The translations under genes were made by a program, and so were the position numbers. A DNA stretch of 64,000 bases from Candidatus Latescibacterota bacterium (GTDB taxonomy: Bacteria > Latescibacterota > UBA2968 > UBA8231), in assembly GCA_965203355.1 (NCBI GenBank), contig OZ241889.1, forward strand, positions 2,240,001-2,304,000, written 5' to 3'. This document shows, in pieces, positions 1 through 9,557 of this stretch; positions within the stretch are counted from its first letter, which is position 1; each line of letters begins with the position of its first letter. The notes beneath the pieces are model-generated. The model was not told the DNA's origin. It saw only the letters and a list, made by a program, of their open reading frames with translations, and searched no databases.

Positions 1-75
1 GGTGTGGGAGGCGTCGTAGAAGAGGGGCCGGAGGAGGTCGGTGCCGAGAGCGGCGAGGAAAACGGCGTGGATTAA
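1..75 (+). CDS. 3' end of a gene entering from the left (acidic tail GVGGVVEEGPEEVGAESGEENGVD*)
   Basis: Open frame from base 1 to TAA at 73-75; product unknown. Confidence 0.45.
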   Translation, partial: GVGGVVEEGPEEVGAESGEENGVD

Positions 76-142
76 AAGGCCCGCTATAAGGTAGGGAACA
101 GGCCCGCTAAAGCGCTTCATGCCGCCGCCAAAATACAGGCTC

Positions 143-2017
143 CTACTGGAGATCGCCGCGGCCGTCTTCTTGGGCGATGGAATCCTCGGCGGGCGGGCCT
201 ATTTCCCCCTTGTCGAACCACATCTGGTACTCGCTCGGATCGGCGATAATGCGGCGCGCCTCCAACACTTGGGGATCCACGGTTACGTTGTACGCTTCGG
301 CCGCTGGCTCCCCGAATGCTTTTTCGAGGATGTCGAAGGTCAGCCGCCAAGCGATGAGCGCTGCGCTTTCCTGCCAGTGTTGTTCCTCGATTTTGTCGAT
401 TTCGTCGGTCAAGTGGCCAAGCGGCTTGGCGAGTTGGTTGTATTCTTCGCCTTCGGCGACCTCGTCCAATTCCTCGACTTGGGCTTCGAGTTCGCTGATG
501 TAGTTGAACCCGCGGTTTTCTGCAAAGGTACGGAAGGCCGCTAGATCCGCTGGGCCGACGACGAAGTCTGGCGTCAAGTCTGGGTACTTGAGCCGGTGCT
601 CGCGGGCGTAGTAGAAAAATTGGTTGTTGAGGCTGTAAAGGCCGATAAGTTGCCCGTAGAGGCGACTGCCACTGCGTCCAGATACTTCGATGTCGGGCGT
701 GATGCCGCCGCCGCCGCGGACGATGCGCTCGAGCCGGAGGGTCTTGAACTCCTTGTCGTACCCGCGGACGAGGGTGGAATCCTTGCGCATGCGCTTGTCG
801 ATGGAGCGACCCGAAGGCGTATGCCAGGCGGCCATGGTCAGCTTGAGCTCGGCGCGGTCGTCAATGTGGACGATCTGCTGAACCGAACCCTTGCCCACAG
901 TCGTAGTCCCCAGCACCAGCCCGCGGTCCCAATCTTGAATGGCACCGGCGACGATCTCGGACGCCGAAGCGGACAGGTGGTTGACCATGACGATGAGGGG
1001 GGTATCGCGGAGCAGGGCGTCCTCGCTGGTCTCGTAGCGGGCTGTGTCTTTGAAGGCGCGGCCCGCGGTAAAGACCACGAGGCGGTCGCGGGGCAGGAAG
1101 AGGTCGGCGATTTGCACCGCTTCTTCGAGGTACCCGCCGCCGTTGCCGCGCAGGTCGAAAATCAGCCGCTCCATGCCTTGTTCTTCTAACTCGATGATCG
1201 CGTTGAACACCTCCCGGCTCGATCCCTTTTGGAAGCTGTCGAGCTTGATATAGCCGGTGTAGCCGGGAAAAAGGGTGGCGAGGGAGACGCTGTGCATCTG
1301 CACTTCTCGGCGCTCAATCGTCAGCTCAAAGGGAGTGGGGCGGTCGGCGCGCTCCAAGGTCAACGTTACGGAGGTGCCCGGCGCGCCGCGCATGCTGTCG
1401 GCGGCCACGCCAGCCGACATGCCCTTGGTGGAAGTGTTGTTGATCGCGGTGATGAGGTCGCCCGACTGGACGCCGGCTAAGGCCGCTGGCGTCTGATCGT
1501 GTACGAGGCTCCACACGGCAATCGCGCTGTCGGGATAGACGACTTGGATGCGAAAGCCCAGCCCCCCGTATTTGCCTTGAGTTTGGATGTTGAAATTGTC
1601 GAGGTTGCGCTTTTCCAAAAACACCGAATAGGGGTCGAGAATTTCCATCATCCCGGCGATGCCAAAGCGGATTAGCGTATCCGCAGTAACCGGATAAAAG
1701 GCCTGCTCGTCGATGGCTTGAGCCATCTGCATGAGGGTGTAGAGGCGGTGGTTTAGCTGCTTTGTCGAGTCCTCGCTATCGAGCTGGGCGCGGGCGTTGA
1801 ACGTGTATTCCGAGGATGGATCCAAGGAGTTGAATAGCCCGCGTGCGGCCGCCTGCGCTAGGGAATCGGGATGAATTTCTTCAACGTAGTACTGGTGAAT
1901 GGCTTTGGCCGTTTTCCACAACAGGGCTTTGTATTCGTCTTCAACGGAGCGCTCAGCCCGCAAGTCAGAGGCGAATGCGACGAGGGCGAGCAGCAGCGAA
2001 ATGGGCAAAGTGGACAA
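143..2017 (-). CDS. ctpA: S41 family carboxyl-terminal processing protease with PDZ domain
   Basis: Signal peptide; LDPYS, GLGF PDZ loop, DLRGNGGG, SASASEIVAGAIQD (catalytic Ser), GKGSVQ motifs. Confidence 0.93.
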   Translation of the reverse strand: MSTLPISLLLALVAFASDLRAERSVEDEYKALLWKTAKAIHQYYVEEIHPDSLAQAAARGLFNSLDPSSEYTFNARAQLDSEDSTKQLNHRLYTLMQMAQAIDEQAFYPVTADTLIRFGIAGMMEILDPYSVFLEKRNLDNFNIQTQGKYGGLGFRIQVVYPDSAIAVWSLVHDQTPAALAGVQSGDLITAINNTSTKGMSAGVAADSMRGAPGTSVTLTLERADRPTPFELTIERREVQMHSVSLATLFPGYTGYIKLDSFQKGSSREVFNAIIELEEQGMERLIFDLRGNGGGYLEEAVQIADLFLPRDRLVVFTAGRAFKDTARYETSEDALLRDTPLIVMVNHLSASASEIVAGAIQDWDRGLVLGTTTVGKGSVQQIVHIDDRAELKLTMAAWHTPSGRSIDKRMRKDSTLVRGYDKEFKTLRLERIVRGGGGITPDIEVSGRSGSRLYGQLIGLYSLNNQFFYYAREHRLKYPDLTPDFVVGPADLAAFRTFAENRGFNYISELEAQVEELDEVAEGEEYNQLAKPLGHLTDEIDKIEEQHWQESAALIAWRLTFDILEKAFGEPAAEAYNVTVDPQVLEARRIIADPSEYQMWFDKGEIGPPAEDSIAQEDGRGDLQ

Positions 2018-2072
2018 GCGACACTCCTTGGTCAGTAGGGCGCGTTGAGATGTTATTTAGCAGAAACATAAC

Positions 2073-2101
2073 ACATTACCAACGCGCCTGTACCGCGTCA
2101 A
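2073..2101 (-). promoter_or_regulatory. Putative sigma70 promoter for the S41 protease
   Basis: Minus strand TTGACG-17 nt-TAATGT about 55 nt upstream of the start. Confidence 0.5.
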
Positions 2102-2104
2102 GCA

Positions 2105-2193
2105 GTGCGCCGCCTGTACGCGCGGGCTAAACGGACGTGAGCTGGGATTTCATCAAGCTGAGGACGTGCGCCGCCTGTACGCGCGGGCTAAAC
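2105..2193. repeat. 28-bp direct repeat (2105-2132 and 2166-2193) duplicating the coaX 3' end
   Basis: GTGCGCCGCCTGTACGCGCGGGCTAAAC twice, 33 bp apart; the second copy lies in the coaX CDS. Confidence 0.9.
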
Positions 2194-2908
2194 CGCGCAG
2201 TACGAGGGCTGGATCGCACGTGTGGACCGCGGCGATATGAGGGTGGAGCCGGGGGCCGTCGCCGCCGGTGAGGAAGACCGCGACGGCGCTGTCTAAGGCC
2301 GCGGCCATGCGCGTGCAAAGGCCCTCGACGAGCGCGGCCGATCCGTGCAGTGCCCCCGAGCGCAGGCCATCCGCGGTGTTTTTGCCCAGCAAGGGCGTTG
2401 TGGCCGCTAGCTCGACTTGGGGTAGGAAACTGGTGCCGGCACTGAGGGCATTTAATCCGAGGCGCAGGCCCGGTGCGATTACACCGCCGCGGAAGGTGCC
2501 CTCGGCGTCAATGGCATCGACCGTTAGCGCGGTGCCGGCATCGACGACCACGACGGCTTGGCCGGCCGGAGTGGCGCGATGGGCGGCTGAGGCCGCGGCC
2601 AGGCGGTCAACGCCAATCCGCGCGGGATCGTCGTAGTCGATTTGCAGGCCCCAATCCCACATGCTGTGCGCTTGGAGGACCGGGCCGGCGGAAAAGGCGC
2701 GACAGGCGGCTGCGTATGCCGTGCCCAATTCCGCGACGACCGACCCGACGACCGCGCCCGTCGGAGGGGTTGCAAACGCTGATAGCAGGCGTTGTAGGTC
2801 GGCCTCGGCCGGGGGGGCGGTGGGGAATTTGTGGTGACAAACGGTCTCATCGCCGGCCAAAAGACCGATGTCGATGCAGGTGTTGCCGATGTCGATGGCC
2901 AAGAGCAT
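2153..2908 (-). CDS. coaX: Type III pantothenate kinase
   Basis: LAIDIGNT, IGVDR, VVDAGTALTVD, GGVIAPG, LTGG motifs. Confidence 0.95.
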   Translation of the reverse strand: MLLAIDIGNTCIDIGLLAGDETVCHHKFPTAPPAEADLQRLLSAFATPPTGAVVGSVVAELGTAYAAACRAFSAGPVLQAHSMWDWGLQIDYDDPARIGVDRLAAASAAHRATPAGQAVVVVDAGTALTVDAIDAEGTFRGGVIAPGLRLGLNALSAGTSFLPQVELAATTPLLGKNTADGLRSGALHGSAALVEGLCTRMAAALDSAVAVFLTGGDGPRLHPHIAAVHTCDPALVLRGLARAYRRRTSSA

Positions 2909-3040
2909 GGGGGCATTTGACGATTGACTTTTCGTCGTGATAGCTATAATTTGGCTAGCTCAAGTCAAGCAATATCCAATACATACAATCTAACGAATAC
3001 CTCGAAATTTGCTATCAGCACCAGCAGACAGAGGAATTTT

Positions 3041-4054
3041 ATGAAAATACTAGGTAAGCGTAAAACTTTTATCGTCATTTCGCCGCGCGACGGTCAGATC
3101 CGCGAGTACGGTTTTTTGCCGCGCGCCTTGGGGCTGATTCTGCTGGGCGTGTTGGGTTTGGTCGGAGGGCTTGGTTATTATGCCTACACACAGGGGGTTC
3201 ATCAGCCGAGCGAGTACAAAGCACTGCTGGCCTTGGAACAAGAAAACAAAAGCCTCTTGCACAGCTTAGAGCAGACCCGAGCGGAAATACAGCAACTCGG
3301 GGAGGCCGTGGATCAGCTCAAGGCCACGGAAGATAGATTGCGCGCCCACCACGCGATGGAGCCACTCGCGGCCGATGGCGCGTTGGGCGGCGTCGGCGGC
3401 GTGGAAGATTTGTCCGAGGAGTTCGCGTCCTTGCCGCCGCAAAAGCACCTGATGATGCGCGAGATGGGCGTGCGCATCGACTACCTGAAGCGGATGGTCA
3501 ACCTACAGGCCGAGAGCTTTGAGGAAATCGAGCGCAAAGTCGAAGAAACAAACGTCCAATACTTGCCCACGATTTTACCGGTCCCCGAGCGGAAGACGTG
3601 GCTGTCGTCGTCCTTTGGCTGGCGCATCGATCCTTTTACCGGGCGCCGGGCCTTTCACCGGGGCGTTGATTTCGCTGGCCGCAAAGGAACGCCCATCTAC
3701 GCGACGGCGGATGGTTTTGTAAGCTATGCTGGGAAGGACAAATACCTCGGCAATACGATTATTGTGGCCCATCGAAAAAAGGAACGCGACGAACAGGGCC
3801 AGCCCTATGTGCGCGAGGGGGGCTACCAGACCGAATACGGCCACTTGGATAGAATTATGGTCAAGCAAGGGCAACAAATAAAGCGCGGGCAGCAGATCGG
3901 GACAATGGGTAGCACGGGCCGCTCGACCGGCCCGCACCTACATTACTCGGTGCGTTTGCGGGATCAAAAGTTGAGCAAACACCGAGGATACCAGAACCCA
4001 GAAAATTTTATCTTCGACAACAGTGGAGACTATATGTGGGCCGCAAGCGAATGA
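3041..4054 (+). CDS. M23 family metallopeptidase (TM + coiled coil + LytM domain)
   Basis: HRGVDF, YGHL, STGPHLHY motifs; ATG 3041 follows GAGG. Confidence 0.92.
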   Translation: MKILGKRKTFIVISPRDGQIREYGFLPRALGLILLGVLGLVGGLGYYAYTQGVHQPSEYKALLALEQENKSLLHSLEQTRAEIQQLGEAVDQLKATEDRLRAHHAMEPLAADGALGGVGGVEDLSEEFASLPPQKHLMMREMGVRIDYLKRMVNLQAESFEEIERKVEETNVQYLPTILPVPERKTWLSSSFGWRIDPFTGRRAFHRGVDFAGRKGTPIYATADGFVSYAGKDKYLGNTIIVAHRKKERDEQGQPYVREGGYQTEYGHLDRIMVKQGQQIKRGQQIGTMGSTGRSTGPHLHYSVRLRDQKLSKHRGYQNPENFIFDNSGDYMWAASE

Positions 4055-4078
4055 TTCAAACTTCTACCAAGCATCTAG

Positions 4079-4113
4079 AGACCGGTCCAGCAAACGCGGG
4101 CCGGTCTTTTTTT
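4079..4113 (+). terminator. Intrinsic terminator after the M23 gene
   Basis: AGACCGGTCC...GGGCCGGTCT stem followed by a T run. Confidence 0.65.
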
Positions 4114-4127
4114 GGGAGCACAACCGT

Positions 4128-4574
4128 ATGAGCACGTCTATTGAAGGCAAGGTAGCCGCCATTATCGACGACACCACGCTGGTACTCAGCGTCGGTAGCG
4201 AGCAAGGCGTTGAGGAGGGCATGGCCTTTGCCATTTTCGCCTTGCACGGGGAGATCGCAGACCCAGACAGTGGGCAGTTGCTGGGCCGCTGGGAAGCGGT
4301 CAAGGCGCGGGTGGTCGCCACCCACGTGCAACCTCGCATGTGTACGGTGCGCGCTCCGGTCATAGGTGAAACACCAGTGGTGGGCGATACCCGGCCTTTG
4401 AGCGCGATGATGGTCGAGCACTCGGTGGCGCGTGCCCACGGCCGCGATCAATGGCAGCGGCTAGAGGTGCGAGGAACGGATGTGCGGGGACGGCCCCAGA
4501 ACCAGCCCATTGCCGTGGGCGACGGAGCGCGGTCGCTGGCGGCGGCTGAGGATGCGAGCGAGTCAAGCGATTAG
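4128..4574 (+). CDS. Hypothetical protein (small beta-barrel, FlgT C-terminal-like: LVLSVGSEQGVEEGM)
   Basis: ATG 4128 after GGGAG; coding-like composition; overlaps the next gene. Confidence 0.7.
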   Translation: MSTSIEGKVAAIIDDTTLVLSVGSEQGVEEGMAFAIFALHGEIADPDSGQLLGRWEAVKARVVATHVQPRMCTVRAPVIGETPVVGDTRPLSAMMVEHSVARAHGRDQWQRLEVRGTDVRGRPQNQPIAVGDGARSLAAAEDASESSD

Positions 4575-5052
4575 AGCGGCGCTGGCCGCGCTCTGCATTG
4601 GCGGATGCGCTTATTACTCGACCTCCGGCGGCCTGTTAGGCGGCATCCGCAGCATTGGCATCCCCGTGGCCGACAACCAAACCTCGGAGTTTGCCGTGGC
4701 CGAGCGTCTGACTGAACGCGCCATTGATGCCTACGCCGAGGATGGTCAGTTGCGGGTCGTGGACGAAGAAAGTGCCGATGCCCTCTTGCAGCTCAACGTA
4801 ATTTCAATTGAAGACCGCCCCTTTACTTATACGACGGCCGAGCAGACCGAGCAGTACCGATTTGCGGTCTGGGTGACGGCCGAGTTAGTGCGGGTGGAAG
4901 ATGGGGAAGTGTTGCTGACCTTATCCGAGCTAGAGGGATGGGGAACCTACGACGCGGCGCGGGCCGAGGAAGAGGGGCGGGATCCAGCGGTGGAGCGGGC
5001 GCTGGACATGGTGCTAGAGGAACTGATCGATCGGACGACGGCGGGGTGGTAG
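4552..5052 (+). CDS. lptE: LptE-like lipoprotein (LPS assembly)
   Basis: Lipobox IGGC followed by YYSTSG, I.SI.IP..DN.T.EF, ADALL, C-terminal helix ending in W. Confidence 0.75.
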   Translation: MRASQAIRAALAALCIGGCAYYSTSGGLLGGIRSIGIPVADNQTSEFAVAERLTERAIDAYAEDGQLRVVDEESADALLQLNVISIEDRPFTYTTAEQTEQYRFAVWVTAELVRVEDGEVLLTLSELEGWGTYDAARAEEEGRDPAVERALDMVLEELIDRTTAGW

Positions 5053-5067
5053 CTAGTCCTTGGCAAG

Positions 5068-6762
5068 TCAATCGGCGTCCGTTTTCCTTCCCACTGTAAA
5101 GATCACTACGACAATCAGGCACAGCCCTATAGCTAGGCCCGTGGTCGGCGACCACAGCAGGGTACTGCCCAAGTAGCCGCACAGCCCAGCCACCGTCATC
5201 GTCGTCAGGGCGTAGGGTAGCTGGGTGCGCACGTGGGCTAAGTGGTCGCAGGCCGCGGCAATGCTGGAGAGGACCGTGGTATCGCTGATGGGGGAGCAAT
5301 GGTCGCCGAAGATCGCGCCGTCTAATACCGCGGCGGCCACGAGAACCGTCAGCGCCAGACCGCCCAAGTCGTAAGCTACCGGGATCAGGGTCGGCAGAAG
5401 GACGGCCATGGTCGTCCACGAGGTGCCGATGGAAAAGGCGACCACGGCGGCGAGCAGGAAGACGAGGAGGGGGAGGAAGCGCGGGTCTAGGAAGCCGGAG
5501 AGCGCCCCGACGATATAGGCCGAAGTCTCGACCGCCTCGCAGGTTTCCTTAATCGCCCAAGCCAAGATCAAGATCACCAGCGCATAGGAAAAGCCCGTAA
5601 TGCCGCGTGCATAGGTCTTGCAGACCGCCACGAGGCCGAGCGGGCGTATAGTGCTCGCCGCCTCGCGGCGGGTTAGGGCCAAGACAGCGGCCAGTACGGA
5701 GCCAGCTAAGGCGGCGAGGAACATCACTTTGGGGCCGTCGGCGTGGGAGAAAACTTGGATCCAGTAGAGCCGGGCGAAAAAACCGTGTTCGGCGCGGGTC
5801 GCCACCACGGCCGGTGCTTGGCTGGCGTCTAGGTGCATTCCGCCCAGTACGCCAGCGACGACGAGCAGGACGGGACCAGCGGCCACCCCCCAATGGGCGC
5901 GGAGGCCCGGGTGTTCGGGAAGTTGGGATGCGTCGCCGGTCATCGGGCGGTGTCCCGGCGCGAGGACTTGGCCCATTCGGCGCGCGCGTTGTTCGGCTTT
6001 GAGCATGGGGCCAAAATCGCGGCCAGCGACCGTGGAGCACAGCACAAAGGCGAGGGTCAGCAGGCAGTAGAAGCGGGCCGGTAGGGCGCGAAAGAACAGT
6101 TCGTAACCGGAAACCTCCGCGCCGACTTGCTCCATTGCGCTGTCGAATAGCCCTACCTCAAATCCGATCCAAGTGCTGACGACGGCTATGCCAGCCACCG
6201 GGGCCGCGGTGGAATCGACGAGAAAGGCCAACTTTTCGCGCGAGATGCGGAAGCGGTCGGCGATAGGGCGCATGGTGGTGCCGACGACGAGGGTGTTGGC
6301 GTAATCGTCGAAGAAGACCACCATCCCCAACAGCGCGGTGGCCAGCCGGGCCGAGCGCCCGCCAGCAGCCCGGGCGACTAACAAGTCGGCCAGGCCACGA
6401 GTGCCCCCGGCCAGCGAGATGACGCGCACCATGCCGATGAGCGAGGCGGTGAAGCCGAGAATGAAGAGTTGAAAGGAGTCGCGCAGTGGGGTCCAGACAA
6501 AGTCTAGGAGGGTGCGTTCTAAGCCGCGAAACGGGATGGCGTACAAAGGAACGTCGGCTGGCAGGGAAATGAGCGCACCGCCGACTATGGCCAACCCTAG
6601 TCCCAAGATCAGGCGGCCAGTAGCCACGGCCACGAGGATGGCCGCGGCGGGTGGAAAGAGACTTAGGCCACTCGTGGTGCCTTGATCGGGCAGGAGCAGT
6701 GCGCCAAGCAGGGCTGCGCCCAGCGCTAGCAGCAGGCGGAGAAAGGGAAAGGCCGAGCGCAC
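5068..6762 (-). CDS. Na+/H+ antiporter NhaC family transporter
   Basis: FFDDYAN, ISREKLAFLVDSTAAP, GTSW, GDHCSPISDTT motifs. Confidence 0.92.
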   Translation of the reverse strand: MRSAFPFLRLLLALGAALLGALLLPDQGTTSGLSLFPPAAAILVAVATGRLILGLGLAIVGGALISLPADVPLYAIPFRGLERTLLDFVWTPLRDSFQLFILGFTASLIGMVRVISLAGGTRGLADLLVARAAGGRSARLATALLGMVVFFDDYANTLVVGTTMRPIADRFRISREKLAFLVDSTAAPVAGIAVVSTWIGFEVGLFDSAMEQVGAEVSGYELFFRALPARFYCLLTLAFVLCSTVAGRDFGPMLKAEQRARRMGQVLAPGHRPMTGDASQLPEHPGLRAHWGVAAGPVLLVVAGVLGGMHLDASQAPAVVATRAEHGFFARLYWIQVFSHADGPKVMFLAALAGSVLAAVLALTRREAASTIRPLGLVAVCKTYARGITGFSYALVILILAWAIKETCEAVETSAYIVGALSGFLDPRFLPLLVFLLAAVVAFSIGTSWTTMAVLLPTLIPVAYDLGGLALTVLVAAAVLDGAIFGDHCSPISDTTVLSSIAAACDHLAHVRTQLPYALTTMTVAGLCGYLGSTLLWSPTTGLAIGLCLIVVVIFTVGRKTDAD

Positions 6763-6763
6763 C

Positions 6764-8635
6764 TCAGTCGTCTTGCGGCGATTCGACTTCGCTGGCGGGG
6801 ACGGTGGACATTTCGAGCTTAAAGGCCAACAAGTACATCATAAAACAGCCGATGATCCACCAGGCAATTTGCCAGACCCACAGCGTGGGGATCCCTAGGG
6901 GCCAATGGGTGGGATCGGTCTGATTGCCTAAGACGGCAAAGGGGCCGATGGCGCAGAGGAACCAAACTACCGTCAGAATCCAGATCGGCACTTTCCACTT
7001 CCTTTTGGCCTCGGGCAGGGCCGTGTGCTCTTTGAGGAAGTGGTGATAGCGATCGCGGTGGGCCAGATGGTTGGCTTCCTTGGGCTGGGTGAACAAACTG
7101 ACGACAACGACAAGGCCCATATTAAAGAGGATACCCCAACCGGCACTGTGCAGTGTGAGCGGATAGCGGCCAATGCCGATGAGGCCGCCTAGCTCGGTTA
7201 TATAGGTAAAGGTAACGGCGATGAGTCCGGCGATGAGTCCGGCGACAATGGCCTTGGGGGTGAAGAAGCGGATGTAGCAGATGCCTAAAAGCGCCGGCCA
7301 CATCTGGAATCCGTAGGAAACGGCCAAGCCCCCCAGCAAGACGAGCAGGTCGCCGGAAGCAAGCCCAACTAACAAGGCTAGGCTGACGACGACCGCCACC
7401 GTCAAACGACCGACAAAGACTTGGGCCGAATGCGATGCCTCTTTGTTGAAGAAATGGCGGTATAGATCGCGGGTGATAATGCCGCTGGCCGTGGACATGT
7501 AGGCGGCCCCGGTCGATTGCATGGCGGCCAGCGCACACACGGCCAAAAGCCCTAAGAGGAAGGGAGAGCGGGCGGTTAAGGTGTCGATCAGGTAGGGAAC
7601 CAAGTGGTCGGATGCGGGCGGGCCAAGCGGTTTAGTCCCCGGGATCAGTCCCATGTCGAGCAGCCGGCCGCCCAGCCCTTGAAAGGCCGTAAAAAAGAAC
7701 AAGATGCCGCCGATGATCAGCGAAGAGGCGAAAACCTGTTGATAGGGAAAAGGCCGAGGATCGCGGTTGGCAAAAGCCCACATTGAAAAGGCCGGAGCCG
7801 ACTGAATGCCCATCAAGGCAAACATATAGGTCAGGATCATCAGGCCGGTCCAAGGACCGCCTTGGGCGTCGAAAAACAGGGTGCCAACGCGCTCTAGCAA
7901 AGCGTCTGACTCCGGGCGGGTCGGAATGGCGACCATGTCGGGTTTTTGCTCGGCCAGACCGACCAGCCCCCCCTTGAAGGCCGCCCAGCCGCCGACCAAG
8001 TCGAGGGCAATAAAGCCGAGGATGACGATGCCGAGCGCCAAGAGGATGCACTGGACGCAGTCGACGTAGGCGACCGAACGCAAGCCGCCCGATGCTACGT
8101 AGATAAAGACGACGACCGAAAGCACAATGGCCCCCCCCTCGACCGAGCCGATGAAGCTGCCCGCTAGCGGCGTACCGGTCGTCAGGCGATTGAACAGTAA
8201 GCCCGATGCCTTGAGCTGGATGCCGAGATAGGGCACGCTGAAGACGAGCGCGACGATGACGGTGAGGAAGCGCATCGCATCCGTGCGGTAGTAGTCGCTG
8301 AACATCTCGCCCGGGGTGATATAGCCAAAGCGATGGCCCAAAAGCCACTGCCGCTTGAGGAACAACACCCCAGTGAAGGGGATCGTGATGGCGTAGAAGG
8401 AGGCAAAAGCATAGGGCAGGCCGACGTTGTAGATAGTGCCGGGATGCCCGACAAAGGTCCAGCCGCTAAAAGAGGTGGCGGTGGCGGCCAGCACGAAGAC
8501 CCACAGGCCGATGCCGCGGCCCGCGATGAAGTAATCCGAAGCCGTCTTGGCCCGGCGCGCCCCTTTGACGCCCCAGAAGATGCAGTACGACCAGTAGCCG
8601 ACGGTAAAGAGCAGGAGCCAGACCAGTTTTTCCAT
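6764..8635 (-). CDS. Sodium:solute symporter family protein
   Basis: DYFIAGR, ATSFSGWTF, GGLRSVAYVD, AAMQST motifs; many TM helices. Confidence 0.92.
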   Translation of the reverse strand: MEKLVWLLLFTVGYWSYCIFWGVKGARRAKTASDYFIAGRGIGLWVFVLAATATSFSGWTFVGHPGTIYNVGLPYAFASFYAITIPFTGVLFLKRQWLLGHRFGYITPGEMFSDYYRTDAMRFLTVIVALVFSVPYLGIQLKASGLLFNRLTTGTPLAGSFIGSVEGGAIVLSVVVFIYVASGGLRSVAYVDCVQCILLALGIVILGFIALDLVGGWAAFKGGLVGLAEQKPDMVAIPTRPESDALLERVGTLFFDAQGGPWTGLMILTYMFALMGIQSAPAFSMWAFANRDPRPFPYQQVFASSLIIGGILFFFTAFQGLGGRLLDMGLIPGTKPLGPPASDHLVPYLIDTLTARSPFLLGLLAVCALAAMQSTGAAYMSTASGIITRDLYRHFFNKEASHSAQVFVGRLTVAVVVSLALLVGLASGDLLVLLGGLAVSYGFQMWPALLGICYIRFFTPKAIVAGLIAGLIAVTFTYITELGGLIGIGRYPLTLHSAGWGILFNMGLVVVVSLFTQPKEANHLAHRDRYHHFLKEHTALPEAKRKWKVPIWILTVVWFLCAIGPFAVLGNQTDPTHWPLGIPTLWVWQIAWWIIGCFMMYLLAFKLEMSTVPASEVESPQDD

Positions 8636-8638
8636 GGG

Positions 8639-9553
8639 TTAGTCGGAAAGTGTCAGCCCCAAGTTGAAGACCATGTTGGTGATCTTCCACGAGCCGGAGC
8701 GGCGGCTCAACGTCCAGAACACGTAGCGCTCCTTGTGGTGTTTGGCCGTTCCTTTGACGTGCTCGACGGCCACTGTTTCGCGCGTGACGGCCAGGGCTTC
8801 GTCACCGCTGGGGCCCAGGGCCGTGTGGAGCACTTTGCGGTCGAGGTCGTACTGCACGTAGGGCAGCCGCTTGTCGAGCCATTTTTCCAGTTCCTCGCGG
8901 CCGCTGAAGGCGATTTTGTAGGAGGCTGGCTTGAAAGTGCCTAGGGCCTCGTAGCCCGTGAAGTCGTCGTCGAAGAAGCCGAGAATGCCGCTGCCGGCTT
9001 CCCAAGCTTGGCTTTCGCGCTGCAACAACTCGGCGATCTCGCCGTTGGCGGGTGTGCCCGCCGCGGGCAAGAGCGTGTCGCCCAAGCCCTCGACCATGCC
9101 GGTGGCCAGCCAGTCGTCTTCTTCCTTGCGGAAGGTCCAGAAGCGGTGGACGACAACCGACGTGCCCTCGCTGGTCTGGCGATCGACGACGCGCCCGGAA
9201 TCCACGCTGGTGGCAATGGCGTGGGTTGCGCGCACCGCGATAAAGGGAACCGTGCGCACAACCTCGTAGCGCTGATCGCGGAGATCCGCGGCTAGCTGGC
9301 TGGCGAACGCATCGCGGTTTTCGCGCAGGATCGTCCAGGCGCGTGGGTCGCCGTTGGCGTGGCCTGCATAGGCGACGAAGTGCGGGTGATACGCCTTGAG
9401 GACCAGCTCGGCATCGGCGCGGCGATACCCAGAGATGTCGTTGGCGAGGGCTTGACGGATGAGGAGGGTTTCGGGCGTTTCGCCGGCGCGGCTCGGCGCG
9501 GCAAATGGCGGCAGGGCCAAGAGAACGAACAACAAGCAGATTGCATTTTGCAT
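8639..9553 (-). CDS. Secreted protein with two NTF2/SnoaL-like domains
   Basis: Signal peptide; two repeats ending FRKEEDDWL / LSRRSGSWKI. Confidence 0.7.
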   Translation of the reverse strand: MQNAICLLFVLLALPPFAAPSRAGETPETLLIRQALANDISGYRRADAELVLKAYHPHFVAYAGHANGDPRAWTILRENRDAFASQLAADLRDQRYEVVRTVPFIAVRATHAIATSVDSGRVVDRQTSEGTSVVVHRFWTFRKEEDDWLATGMVEGLGDTLLPAAGTPANGEIAELLQRESQAWEAGSGILGFFDDDFTGYEALGTFKPASYKIAFSGREELEKWLDKRLPYVQYDLDRKVLHTALGPSGDEALAVTRETVAVEHVKGTAKHHKERYVFWTLSRRSGSWKITNMVFNLGLTLSD

Positions 9554-9557
9554 AGGG

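Noticed and set aside
77-111. 10-bp direct repeat AGGCCCGCTA
   Set aside because: Too short, and no context supports a function
2105-2193. 28-bp repeat/33-bp spacer resembling a mini CRISPR array
   Set aside because: Only two copies, one inside the coaX coding sequence; no cas genes in the window
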